NCBI GenBank assembly: GCA_013239625.1
Contig: MU054187.1
Location: forward strand, 15,224,974-15,288,973
DNA: 64,000 bases
Reading direction: 5' to 3'
Origin: Lama guanicoe
Taxonomy: Eukaryota
How positions within the stretch are numbered: the stretch's first letter is position 1; the number at the start of each line of letters is the position of its first letter. Below are positions 1 through 12,492 of the stretch, piece by piece. Under the pieces are notes generated by a model that had not been told where the DNA came from, made no database searches, and saw only the letters and a list, made by a program, of their open reading frames with translations. The translations under genes and the position numbers were made by a program.

Positions 1-364
1 CCTACAAGCATGTTGTACCTACATGAGCATCACTGACTTAACAACATCCTCCTCTCCACCTTACCTCCCTCAGAATCACGAGGCTTGCAAAAGTAACCAA
101 GGAGGAGTATTACCTAGGAGCTTGCTCACTGCTGCCAAAAATTGTTGGCTTTATTATGACTTCTTGTCCTGCTTCTTTTAGATTTTTGGGGCATGATGGG
201 AGTTACTACCACTCCCCATGAGAGTTACTAACACTGCCGCGGGCATCTGCATTAGGATTATTCCTTCTCTGTGAAAGCCTTTTTGGTAATAGTCCCTTGC
301 CCAGTAAGTTGGCTTTTTTTTTTTTTTCCTGGATGTAATAATGATGGTAATGATAATTATTAAG

Positions 365-545
365 GTCTATGAGTGCCTTACTTGAATTATCTCATTTATT
401 CCTCATAATAACCTAATAATGGAGGTGGGGACAGTTCTGTCCCTTTATTACAGATGGGGAAAGTGAGACTTGGGGAGCTGAAGTCATTTGCCCAAAGTCG
501 CATAACTAATGGTGAGCAGTCCCAAAACTTTAAGCTAGATCTGAT
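365..545 (-). mobile_element. MIR SINE
   Basis: TTACAGATGGGGAAAGTGAGACTT..AAGTCATTTGCCCAAAGTCGCATA (MIR core, antisense). Confidence 0.8.
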
Positions 546-1634
546 CAACAGTCAGATTCCTCATTAAGAATGTTAGAACATTTAGAGAAAACAACAATGT
601 AAATATTTAAGAGCCCTTAGTTTTTGTTATCACTAACCAATCCTTGCTTAGGCTGGGTTGTTTTTACTTCTTAGTTCTGTCTCTTTGAAAATTAGTTTGT
701 AACTTTCAGCCCTTCAGTTCTTTTGGGAAAAAAAAAGAAAAGGTTATTCATTTTGCTCCAAAATACAAAAAATGTCAGCCCAACCATCTGAGAAATTTGT
801 CAAGTGTTTAGACAATCTGATATAACATCCCCATAGTGACACCACAAAGAATAAATAACAAGATAGAGACTATGTCATAAATATTGATTCTCTATGGCCA
901 GGGCCTGCTGACTTTCATATGAAACTTTTCATTTAATTAATCTACTGCAAACAATGCAGCAAAGCTTTATTCTAATTTCATCTTTCCAAATGTTGAAATA
1001 ATCATGGCTCATAGAGTCAACTTTTTGCAGGGGGTTAAGATTCATTAAAATGTAATTCTGACTCTATCCTTTTTGAGTATGTGATGCTCTGAAATATAAG
1101 AATTTTTAAAAACCTTTCACTATATGAAAAATGTTCCAGTATCTTAAAATTCCATTTATTTTGTGGCTTAAAAATAACATCTATTATAGATTTTCCTCCT
1201 TATTTTATTGAATGAATCCAGGATAGGATAGAGAAAAAAATGAAAATTATCCAGCATGAACCACAGTTAAAATTTCACTGTATATCCTACCATCTTTTTC
1301 CATGCCTATGTGTGTGTATTTATACAGATAAAACAAAAACATCTGCCTTTTCCAGTTTCTATATTTTTAAACATCCATTAAAACATGTTACTTCTGTGAC
1401 AACCCAGCAAAGCACCCCTTTTGTCCATAGCTGCAGTTTCCTGGTGGAAGATTGTTATTCATTAAACCTCTGGACCACCTAGGAGAGTCATGCTGGGAGA
1501 GCTTAGATGGAGGAAAGTTCTGGGCAGTAATGCATCTCTAGCCCAACACTCTGTATGCTGATCTCAGTGGAAGATCCTGTTGCTTGTATCTTATGTAAAA
1601 CTTGCCCCTTCTCCTTTACTTATCCTCCAGGTCA

Positions 1635-1820
1635 CTGGTCTCACTCGGTGGGTGGGGGTGGAGGGGTGGAGGGATGGGGGTGGGGAGTGGTGGTGACTCT
1701 TCTCCTCCAGGGGATATTTGACAATGTCTGGATACATTTTGATTCTTATAACCGGAGGTCAGCTACTGGTATCAGGTGGGTAGAGGCCAGGATGCTAAAT
1801 ATCCTATAACATCCAAGATG
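1635..1820 (+). mobile_element. MER20 (hAT-Charlie) partial copy
   Basis: CCAGGGGATATTTGACAATGTCTGGATACATTTT..GCTACTGGTATCAGGTGGGTAGAGGCCAGGATGCT matches the MER20 consensus. Confidence 0.8.
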
Positions 1821-1929
1821 AGAACTAGGGCTGGGAGAATGGTACCATCATTTTCCCAGGCTAGAAACCCACCTAATTAGTCAGTGGGTCTGGATAATGC
1901 CTATGATAACATTTTTAAGTGCACCCTTT

Positions 1930-2135
1930 TAATTTATTGAGTGCTTTCTGTGTGCCACTGAATTGTCTTAAGCATTTTCTATTTATTCATCCCCTTTGTT
2001 AATTCTAACAACTCTGTCCATCTTGAGGATGGGAAAAACTAAAGCTCAGAGAGGTTAATGACCTCACCAAAAATGACACAGACAAGAAGTGCAAAAACTG
2101 GGATTTGAAACCAGAGCCTATGCTCCTAACGACTG
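1930..2135 (-). mobile_element. MIR SINE
   Basis: AAACTAAAGCTCAGAGAGGTTAATGACC..GGGATTTGAAACCAG. Confidence 0.75.
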
Positions 2136-2464
2136 CATTTTATACCTGCTTTTTCATCCTCACAGCTACTACCCTGATTCAGACCCTCATACTCATTCTT
2201 AACATTATCATGCTAATTACTAACGGGCTTTCCTGACTTCCACCTTGAATGGTTCACACTTCTGCTAGTGTAATGTTTCTAAAATGCTGTCTTCTCTCAC
2301 TCCTCTGCTTATAACATCCTAAACTAGCTTCCCACAGGACAGCACTGCTTTACGTTCCCCAATACTCCTGATCTTATACCTTTACTTTCGTTGAGTCATT
2401 TTCTCTTTGCCTGGTAAAAACCTACCCAGACCATGGGTGCAAATTAGGTTATTGTTGGTTTAGC

Positions 2465-2780
2465 TTCTTATTTTGACATAAATTCAGACTTAAAGAAAAA
2501 TTGCGAGAAGAATACAAAGAACTTCCATGTTTCCTTCACCTAGATTTCCCGTGTTAACATTTTACTATGTCTGCTTTATCCTTTCTTCTCTGTGAGTACA
2601 GATTTTTTTTTTCTGATCTCTTTTAGAGTCAGTTACAGACATGATGTCTTTAGCCCCTAAATAATTTAGGATGTATTTCCTAACCATAGTAAAATTATCA
2701 AAATTAGGTAAGCAGCATTGATGCTCAGCTATTATCTAATCCTCACACATTATTATGATTTTATAAATTAGACATTTTTT
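2465..2780 (-). mobile_element. Old L1M 3' end fragment
   Basis: AATTCAGACTTAAAGAAAAATTGC..AATACAAAGAACTTCC..CCTTCACCTAGATTTCCC..TTAACATTTT motif. Confidence 0.7.
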
Positions 2781-4759
2781 TAAAAATATGAAAACATCAA
2801 ATGTATTTCAGTTCATTTTGTAAACACTCCAGTATACTCTCATGATTCCTGGATTTTTAGTTAAATATTAAAATTGGTGAGACACTGAGAGTACTCCCCA
2901 CTACCCAAACACTGAATTTTTCAAGCTGGTTACTGGCTGCGTTTATAGTTACATTGTAGAACACATATATCTGAATACCATTCATCACTCAAAAAATCCA
3001 TTAAATCTGCAATGGTTAAATCATGCTTCAGATGTAATTTCAGATATGAGGGTAAAAGAAACTGCTTAGGAGAAACTTAAACACAATGAATTATTTAACT
3101 TTAGTGGTCATGATACCTTTGTTTCTTCCTTAGATTACAGGGAGTTATTTGTTTACGTAGCTTGAGTTAACCACTCACGTGGAATTAAATCTCTGGATCG
3201 GGTACCCTGGCTACAAGGGAAAGCATTAGATTGTTTGCCTTCAAAAGGGCTAAAGTCTGAAAGAAAAGTTTACGAAATAAGGTTTTCAAAATGTTTTTCA
3301 GGATGTGAAATACATTTTTAAACGATCTAAAACGCATTTTTAAAGGTTTCTTAAATCTCTCAGCCCCTGATACCGTGTACCAGGACTCTCCAAAACTAGC
3401 TACCATCGTCGGTGATGGTCATAATGATAGCAGCAACATTTCCCATTTACACAGAGCTTACTATGGGTCGGGCATTAGGTGAAACACTTTACATAGCGAA
3501 TATCGTCTTATCCTTAGAGTTATTCTTGTATTATTGTCCCTAATTTACTGGAAAAGAAGTAAAGGAACCCAGCAGTAAGTGGAGAGGTTCTCCTCAGCCC
3601 TCAACCTTACTCTCCCCAGCCCTGGCTTTAGTCTTATTCTTTACTCCATCGCCAATAAAGTAAGATATGACCAATTCAAACTATTCCAGAAATAAAGCTG
3701 CACTTTTTTCCTACAACATTTTTGTTCCTATTATAGAGTTAATGTTATTTGTTAAAATGAGTTGTGACTTATTTAATAGAAGGTTTAGTATGCATTATCA
3801 TTTAACTACAGAGAGTGGCAAATTGCATCAGGCTTTGGAAACTAGAGTAACCTTTTAAGTGTGAGCTCTTCAAAGCTTACTGGGGAATGACACGCAGTGT
3901 ACTGATTGGCTCTTTCTTTTGTCCAGGCTCATTTTGTACTACACTGGATGACCTGCAGAGATGAAACTAGCCAAAGAGAATTGGGTTGGCAAAAACAGGA
4001 GATGTGGATTCTAGTTTCTTAACTTGGCCCTGACTAGTAACATTGCTGAAACTAAGTATTTCTGGCCCTCTGGACAGTGTTTGTAAAATCAGGATATACA
4101 CAAAATTCCCTCCAGGTTCCTACCCAGCTTTAAAAATGTTACCATATTTACAAATAATTTTCCTTTCGTCTTCACTCACTGTGCATTTTCTCCAGAACAC
4201 TGCATTTACCTATTAAATTTTTGAAATATATTTGGTGAGTTACGTGATGTGAACTGAGTTGACTGACTAATATTTCTGCAATTCACAAGACCCTATTCAC
4301 AAGTGTGATTTTGGACTCTACATTTCCCCAGCCTTGAGTAGGGTAGGACTTATGCAATCATCATTTGCAGAATTCTCCTGGTACAGAGTTTGCAGTTCAG
4401 AAGACAAATCCCTATGCATTACCATAATCTTTTAATTTACGGAATGTTGCTGGTCATGTGGTCTGAGTACCGTGCTTGAGAAATATCCTCATTTCTGTGG
4501 CTGGACAGAAGTGAGGACTGCAGGTAGCACCACCACAATAGCCATAATCATGGTCTTTCTCTCCTCTTCTCTCTTCTCCCATCAATTTTTCTCACAAAGT
4601 ATAACCTGGGTCTAAGAATACATTGGTCTCTGTTCTGTGGCTTAAGCTTAAAACAGTGGTTCTGGGTTCTGTATGCTAGGTTCTTTGATGGGTCCTAAGC
4701 ACAGGTGATTTCATGCTGATTGTAGAGGCAGGAATTTCTATCCTCATTTTGCAGGTAAG

Positions 4760-4939
4760 CAGGACTGTCTGCATAACTTGCAGGGCCAGCACAAAATGAA
4801 AATGTGAAGACCTTCCTTTGCATAAAATTATTAAGAATTTCAAGATGACGATAATAGAGCATTAAACCAAGCAAGGGGCCCTTTGAAGCACAGGGTCTCT
4901 GAGACTGAACAGAAAGTAGGCACATAAAAGCCGGCCCCA
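4760..4939 (-). mobile_element. MER45A (hAT-Tip100) nested in a MIR
   Basis: CACAAAATGAAAATG..AATTATTAAGAATTTCAAGATG..AGAGCATTAAACCAAGC..GGGCCC..AAGCCGGCCC is the reverse of the MER45A consensus. Confidence 0.85.
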
Positions 4940-7164
4940 CATGTCGGTGGTAAACTGATGCTTAAAGAAGTTTAAGTGACTTGCCTAAGGTCACACATTC
5001 AGTGAAGGACAGAGTAAATACTGGAATCCCTGTTTGCCTGATTCAAAAGCCAATATTCTTCTCACCAGATCTCTCTGTCTCTCTTAGTGGGAAAAAGTGG
5101 GCAAATTTTCTCCCTTTGTTCTCCAACCTGGATTTTTTTTTTTCAAATCAGTGTATACCTTGTATCAGCTGGAACCTCCTTTCTCTTTTATATCCAACTA
5201 TAATTGAATCTAATCCCAAATAAGTAAGATATCAAGGATCTCCACTGGTTTTCCATGGTCACCAGGCTTCCTTCCTCATATTTGTTTCTGCCTCCAGAAG
5301 CCTGTGTCTACACAAGAAACCCAAGATACTAACCCCTCAAACAAGGATTTGTGAACACAACTGTTTACAGTAGTTGGAAGAGTTAAATGATTTAATAAAT
5401 ATAGTGGACTTAGTATGATGGCTGGCACATGGTTAATGTCCAACTGCTATGAAAACAGCTACGATTATTATTACTATTATTATCATTGGTAATTAATATT
5501 GCAGGGTCAAATCTCAGACAGTAGACTTCTACCATATTTGTTTCTGTGCCCCTTTTTATTCCTCCCCTTTGTCCTTCAGTTTAACAGATACTTTGGTGCA
5601 GGGCAGACTCTTACCATTATGCCTTTGCAGCTATCAAGTTGTTTCTCCTAAGAAAATTTAGTTTCCTTACTAGGAAAATTTCTGTTGAATAAAATATTCC
5701 TCATGCGATATGTCTCCCCTGCACACAGAAAACAAATGGGAAAAACAACCTACAATATGCAGATATTTTTTCTTCCTTAAAAGCTTTTTTCCAGAACACT
5801 CCTTTTCTACTTATATAGAGCTAGGCTGCATTTATTTCAGCTAAATGATCAAATATCAAGAATTTTAATTTATTGTTATGCTCATTTACAGAGATGGTAT
5901 TATTTTATTGCCACCTTTTGTAAAGCCTAAATTTTGAGTTCTTTTTTTTTTAATTGGGTATGATTAATTTATGTTGTTTCTTTCACAAATTCTCATTTAG
6001 TTTGTCTTTTGAGCAAATGTCAGAGTGACAGACAGCAACAGCCAAAGTAGCAATAGCTTTCCCACCCAATGCAGGTTTATTGGTGATAGTTAGAAGAAAC
6101 ACAGAGTAAAAAATTAAAACCACACTCAACCTTTTTACTCAAAGAGTATCATTATTCACACTACTGAATATGGCTTTCTGGTCTTTTATTTTAAAATGAG
6201 CTATACTGCATATTGTGTTTATGTCATAGATATAAGTGTTTTATAAACATGGTAAGTTCTCTCTGGAAAAGATCGACTTAATCAGATTCCTAGTGGAGGA
6301 TATAGGAGCATTTTTTTTTACTTTCATTCTCAGAATATTTGATGGTTTTAATAAATCTCTTTGGGAGTTTCTTAAATAGTTTGTTCAGATCCTATGTGTG
6401 TGAACACACAAATAAAAAAACTTAAATATTATATACATAATAAATTATACTGATAGTTTACATGGTCATGCTTAACAATAGCATGAAATTATAGAAGATT
6501 TGTTAAAATGTTTTTATATTTTTAATGGCATTTAATTTCCCCTTGCTTTTTCAAAGTCAGCGCTCATGGCTTCCTTCACGGTCCTGGAAAAATGCTCACA
6601 ATGTGTGACTTAATGGTGACTCAGGCATTTCAGTTCAGCTCAGATGGTATTCATTCTTTGATGGACAAAAGCAAAAGAAAAAGCTATTCTTTGGCTAAAC
6701 AACACAATCCTCTCTATTCTTCCAATCCCTACAGAAGCATATTTGGAATTGCTTACCTAAGAGTTAAGCCTGGACAAACAAGCCCACACCATTCTAAAAA
6801 AGAATTCACATCGTGTGCAACAGGCCAGGAAGTCAAGATGGAGGAAGCCAAGAGAAAGGTTAGTGAGTGAGAGAGGAGAGGAATCCAGAGGTCTCCTACG
6901 GGCATGTCCTGACTTTGGAAGCCCTTTCAGGGCACAGACGTAGCTCTCTTTGCCAAGAATGATCTTAAGTAAGACCTCTGCTTAATCTTTCCTGGTGAAG
7001 TCTTTGTTTCCCTAGATCTACACGTTTCTGTGCCATCTGCCCCAGCACCACTGTCATTAGAACCATACATATATTATAAATACAAACAATATTTATTTAC
7101 CTATTTATAGTCTCTAAATGTGGTATCTTTATACTACTTAATAACTTATATTAGGATGGTTTAA

Positions 7165-7380
7165 GAAACACTTACTGAGCACTTATTATATGCCACATAC
7201 AGTACTAAGCATTCCATATTTATTATCTTATACAATCCTTACAGCGATCCTACAAAGTGGTTAATCTTACTCTCCTCACTTTACAGGTGAAGGGACTGAG
7301 ACTTAGAGAGGCTAATTATTTTCTCCAAGGTTACATACCAAGTGATAGACAGAGCTGAGAAGCAAACCAGGATTATCTAT
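7165..7380 (-). mobile_element. MIR SINE
   Basis: CACTTTACAGGTGAAGGGACTGAGACTTAGAGAGG..CCAAGGTTACA. Confidence 0.8.
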
Positions 7381-8314
7381 CTTATTTCCTTTCATTAAAT
7401 GTTTGTTAAATTGAATGATGAGTAAATTGTGTGAAAATGGATTGTGCAATAAAGCATAAACAAATGCATTCTAGGTGACAGTTTATTCCAATCAGTAAAC
7501 AGCTACCAAATGCTACCACTTGCTATCTGGTGCTAAGCTAAAGAAGGGAACATAGAGATCGCTGAAGTGTGCACCATGGAGCAATCTGTGTCGCCAAGAG
7601 GAGGAACTCTCTCCTCAACCATCTTTACATTTCTCTCATACAGCAAACTTTTATTGAACACCTACAGGTTTTTATTGAGCCTATATACCAGGCACGGCAC
7701 TAGACACCATGAAGGATACAAAAATAAATAAGAATTAGTCTTTCCCTCAAGAAGCTTGCAGAAAAATGAGCCTATACAAGGCTGCCTAGTATTAGTGCAA
7801 GTCAAAGTTCCTATGGGGTAAACGCATAGAAGAAAACCTTTTTTTCTGAAGCGTTTAGCCAGTAGTGGTTCTAAAGGGAATCACCAAACGTGTATTTGAA
7901 ATAAAGCTGACAATAAGTTTTCCCTTTAATCAAAGCCGTATACCATGGGTGATTTGAATGTAGTGTATACTCGTAGTCGCTCTCTTTCATAGGACAGACT
8001 AGAACCACCAGAGTTGTCCAGGCTCTGCTAAACACAAATGATGAAAGGGATAATTACAATAGTAACTGAGACTAATGAAACTCAAGTCCTGAAAGGAGGC
8101 TAAGAGAACCATTAGCCAGAAAGGTCCAGAGGATGTGAATCAGGTAAAGCTTATTGCTCAGGAAGATGTACTGACTCTATCAGGGACTCTTTAATAGGAG
8201 ATAACTCTTTAAATTTGAATCAGGTAAACTTAAGATGCACAGCAGAGTGAATGGTGTACACCGTATGTGGAAAGTATGTGGCTCTTGTTGTCTCAAGAAA
8301 CCATAATGTCAAGA

Positions 8315-8850
8315 CACAGTGCAGTATATAATTAAGAGCCCGAGCCAGACAGAGCCTGGAGGCTTGGCTGGAGTCACTTACTGTGTGATTTGGGGCAAAT
8401 AACTTAGTCTCTCTGAGACTCCATTTGTTTTTTTGTTTGTTCGTTTTTTCAAATTTGAAAAATTCTAAAAAGTTCAGGAAATAAAACTTAGTCTAGGGGT
8501 GAATGGTGAGGCACCATAGAAAGCTGATTAAGAGCCAAAGTTCTCTCTCTTTCTCTTCATGTCTTTATATCCGAGCTCTGCGTTCCTTTGGGTTACTCAT
8601 ACTTTTCTGTACCTTGGTATCATCCACTATTACACAGCAATTATAATAGTGCTGATCTCATAGAATCCTGGGGATGATTGAATGAGCTAATATGTATAAT
8701 GTGCTTAGAAAAGGGCAAGTGCTGGATACTTTTTAGCTCTGAGCATTACAGGGTTTCTGTGAAGATTAAACAAAATAATATTCAAAGTGCTTAACACTGC
8801 CATGTATAGGGTAACTATTAAATAAGTAATGGCTATTATTATTATCATAA
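8315..8850 (+). mobile_element. Clustered or nested MIR fragments
   Basis: CACTTACTGTGTGATTTGGGGCAAATAACTTAGTCTCTCTGAG and GATTGAATGAGCTAATATGTATAATGTGCTTAGAA. Confidence 0.7.
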
Positions 8851-9139
8851 CATTTCATAAATAGATTCAAAGTTGTTCTGTTACTGAAGTCAGAATACTT
8901 TCCTGACCGACCAAGACTGGCTATCACAATTTTTTGCAAGTATTTTTCCTTACCAATGTCCTATCCCAAACACAGCACATGGTTGGCTGGTCAAACCAAA
9001 TGTAGATTTCCAATATTTTAAAATTTCTGTGCCTGACACATCTAACCTGGAATTACCTCTAGGTCATTCACCTTCCATATGGACATAACTTCCCTTTTTT
9101 CATTCCTGAAATTCACCTTACTAATCTATCAGTGAACAC

Positions 9140-9400
9140 AGAAATATGTTAAGCACTTAACTGTCTACTGAACTCCATACTTTTTGCGTTTGTGGAGCTT
9201 ACAGTCTCTTGAGAAAGGGCATCAAATGATTTCCTTACAAATACGCTGCGAAACAGAGGTAAAAGGGTGCTGGGGAGAAATACTAGGAGACCTAACCTCA
9301 GCTGAAGGGTCTGCAAAAGCTGCTCTGAGACTGTGAAGTTTAAGCCCAGCCTCAAGCATGACACAGGTGGGAGCCCTGTAGACAGAGCACACTGCTGATG
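9140..9400 (-). mobile_element. L2 fragment
   Basis: TGTGGAGCTTACAGTCT..AGGGTGCTGGGGAGAA..GACCTAACC. Confidence 0.5.
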
Positions 9401-9639
9401 CATCGGCGAGGAGGGAGGGCGCCAGGCAGTGACATCTTTTTCATCAAAGCACAGACACTCTCCAGACCCGTCTCACACTACTGGATCTCTGGGATCCATC
9501 TTTTGTTGCAGATGCTTCTTTCAGGCTCTAAATTGCCTCCCAGCCTCAACTCCTGAAAATATTGCTCATTCTCTTCTTTCCTCATTTGTATTGCATAAAT
9601 TTTTTGATGGAATTTGTTTTCTAGATTTAAATTTAAATT

Positions 9640-10715
9640 AGCTTCAGAATTTTAGAAACACTGATAATACAGTGTTCTCACATATCCTATGCAGAGTTTC
9701 CCTGACTATTAACATCTTACGTTAGTACCAGTACATTTGTTACAATGAACGCATCAGTATTGATACATGAGGTTACTAACAAAAATCCATACTTTATTCA
9801 GATTTCCTTAGTTTTCACTGAATGTCCTTTTCTGTTCCAAGATGCCATCCAGGACACGACATTCATTTGTCATGTCCCCTTGGGTTCCTGGGTTCCTCTG
9901 GGCTGTGACAATGTCTGAGACTTTCCTTCCTTTTGGGGACCTTGATAGTTTTGAGGAGTACTGCTCAGGGTTTTTCTTTTCTTTTCTTTTCTTTTCTTTT
10001 CTTTTCTTTTCTTTTCTTTTCTTTTTGGAATGTCCTACTATTGGAATTTGTCTGATGGTTTTGATGGTTTTTTTCATGGTTAGACAGGAATCATGTGTTT
10101 GTGAGAGAAGACAACAGAGGTAAAGTGCCATTTCATCACATTTTATCAAGAAAGTACGCTAATAACATTGATGTAACATCATCGCTGACGTTGGTCTTGA
10201 CCCTGGCGGAGGTAGGGTGTGTCAATTTTCTCCATTGCACAGTTTCTCTGTATTCCCCCCCTTCCATGCTCTTTGGTAGGCAGTCACTAGGCACAGACAA
10301 CTCCAAAGTAGCAGAGAGTTATTTTCCCCTTCTTTGAGGGCAGAGTGTCTATATAAATTATTTGGGATTCTTCTATATGGAAGATTTGTCTTTCCGCATT
10401 TATTTATTAAGTGATCATTTATTTATGTCAGTATGGACTCATGGATATTTATTTTACACTTCAGGTTCTAATCCAATACTACACCCTTTATTATTTTGCT
10501 TGAATTATTCCATATTGGCCATTGGGAAAGCTTTCAGTTGGCATCTGTGTCTCTTTCACATACCCCATTCATGTACCTTCCGGTATTACAAATGTTCCAG
10601 GCTCATTTTATATATTCCTTACACTAGTCCTAAAATCAGCCCTTGCCTCAAGAATTTCTGGCTCTTTTTATCGGAGAGGATATTAGAAACCAAAATCTGG
10701 GCGATAGGTGTTTTG
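9640..10715 (-). mobile_element. Old L1M (L1MC/MD-type) 3' region, antisense
   Basis: Contains ACTATTAACATCTTACGTTAGTA..TTTTCACTGAATGTCCTTTTCTGTTCCAAGATGCCATCCAGGA and TATTAGAAACCAAAATCTGGG, motifs typical of L1MC 3' ends. Confidence 0.8.
9972..10026 (+). repeat. (TTTTC)n pentanucleotide microsatellite, about 10 units
   Basis: Perfect tandem TTTTC array inside the old L1M. Confidence 0.95.
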
Positions 10716-11299
10716 CATTGAACTTTAGTAAGCTGCAGCTAGTATACTTATGAAAATAGTTGCTGGTCAAAATGCACAAAGCATAAAAGGAAACAGAGCT
10801 GTCCTAATGGAAATCAGGCGAAGGGCCTAATATAAATGCAGTAAGCTTTTCCATTGCCATTTGGTTGGTCAGTGTTCGTGGTGGAGCTCTCTGAACAGAG
10901 GCTTGAGACCTTGTTACTCCAGATCAGTAGATTTTAGCTACATGCCTAAGTCTAGAGAGGTAGTAAAATTTCCAAGGATATTCACCGGGTGTTAAGTCAG
11001 ATGAGAAACACAGCCTACATAGATAAAGAGTTAGATGCAAAATCCAGGGACCAATCTAGAGAAGATGGGTCATAGAAAAAGCTACCAAAGTGAGGTGAAT
11101 GGAGATCTTAAGATATGAAAAAAGAAATGCCAGAACTGAAGGTAAGGACAACTTAGTGAGCTGAGACAAAAAGACAAGAAGAGGAGGAATGAAAGGGAAA
11201 ACAAAGGGATCAGATGTTAGAATAATAAAAAAAAGTGTGAATTAAGGACATTTGAAAAATATAAAGGGGGAAAGAATCTGAAATTAGAACTACCTTCAG

Positions 11300-11868
11300 T
11301 AGCACTATTCACAATAGCCAAGACACGGAAACAGCCTAAATGTCCATCAACAGGTGACTGGATAAAGAAGATGTGGTGTATTTATACAATGGAATACTAT
11401 TCAGCCATAAAACCTGGCAGCGTAACACCATTTGCAGCAACATGGATGTTCCTGGAGAATGTCATTCTAAGTGAAGTAAGCCAGAAAGAGAAAGAAAGAT
11501 ACCATATGAGATCACTCATATGTGGAATCTAAAAAACAAACAAAAAAAAAAGAACATAAATACAAAACAGAAGCAGACTCATAGACAAAGAATACAAACT
11601 TGTGGTTGCCAAGGGGGCAGAGGGTGGGAAGGGACAGACTGAGAGTTCAAAATTTGTAGATACTGACAGGTATATGCAGAATAGATAAACAAGATCATAC
11701 TGTATAGCACAGGGAATACATACAAGATCTTCTGGTAGCTCACAGGGAAAAAAATGTGACAATGAATATATGTATGTTCATGTATTGAAAAATTGTGCTC
11801 TACATTGGAATTTGACACAACATTGTAAAATGACTATAACTCAATTTAAAAAATATTGAAACAAAAAA
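11300..11868 (+). mobile_element. Young 5'-truncated L1 (ORF2 end plus 3' UTR), camelid-like subfamily, with 14-bp TSD
   Basis: Typical L1 ORF2-end motifs (CACAATAGCCAAGAC..AAATGTCCATCAACAG..GGAATACTATTCAGCCATAAAA) and an A-rich tail; TSD AGAACTACCTTCAG at 11286-11299 and 11869-11882. Confidence 0.93.
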
Positions 11869-12315
11869 AGAACTACCTTCAGCAGTGCAGGATCTCTTGT
11901 CTATTTAGGTTACCATACTGATGTGAGGAGTGAGTAAAAAAAATCCAGATGGTAGTGGAGAGTGGTAGACGTGGGGAGGCATATAATACTCATTAGAGCT
12001 GTGGGCAAGACCACTACATACTTTGCGGCTAAATAATACTTTTTCAGCCCTAATGATATTTGGAGACAATCTTCAAAGCTAAAGTTAACATTTTAATAGA
12101 AGTCTGTCTCCATTGGATTTAGATAATAACATTGTGATTTCTTTCCTAGCATACATCTTATTGCTTTATTGCACCTGTTTAGCATAGATGTGGGAAATAT
12201 TCACTGAGGTTGTGGATGCTTTTCAGTAATGAGTGAGCTCGACCAGAGGGTTATGTTTCAGACCTAACTATGTGGAAGTCTAGTCTTCAACAACTTGCTT
12301 TAATCCTTTTGTTCT

Positions 12316-12492
12316 TTTTTTTTTAATTTGCTTATTTATTTAATTAAAGTATAGTCAATTTACAATGTTGTATCAAATTCTGGTGTACAGCATAGTGATT
12401 CAGTATATATATATATATATATTCCTTTTCATTATAGGCTATTACAGGGTGTTGAATATAGTTCCCTGTGCTTACAGTAGGACCTTGCTGTT
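12316..12492 (-). mobile_element. Short L1 3' end with degenerate TSD
   Basis: Poly-T, then AAGTATAGTCAATTTACAATGTTG...ATAGTTCCCTGTGCT (L1 3' UTR antisense); flanks TAATCCTTTTGTTCT (12301) and TAACCCCTGTGTTCT (12493). Confidence 0.85.

Noticed and set aside
9808..10149. Lys/Arg-rich ORF and the opposite Phe-rich ORF
   Set aside because: Artefacts of the (TTTTC)n microsatellite inside an L1 relic.
11579..11818. Similar peptides (MSNSNVEHNFS.. here and MSNSSVEYNFS.. at 56732) suggesting a gene family
   Set aside because: Both are antisense translations of the same L1 3' UTR family.
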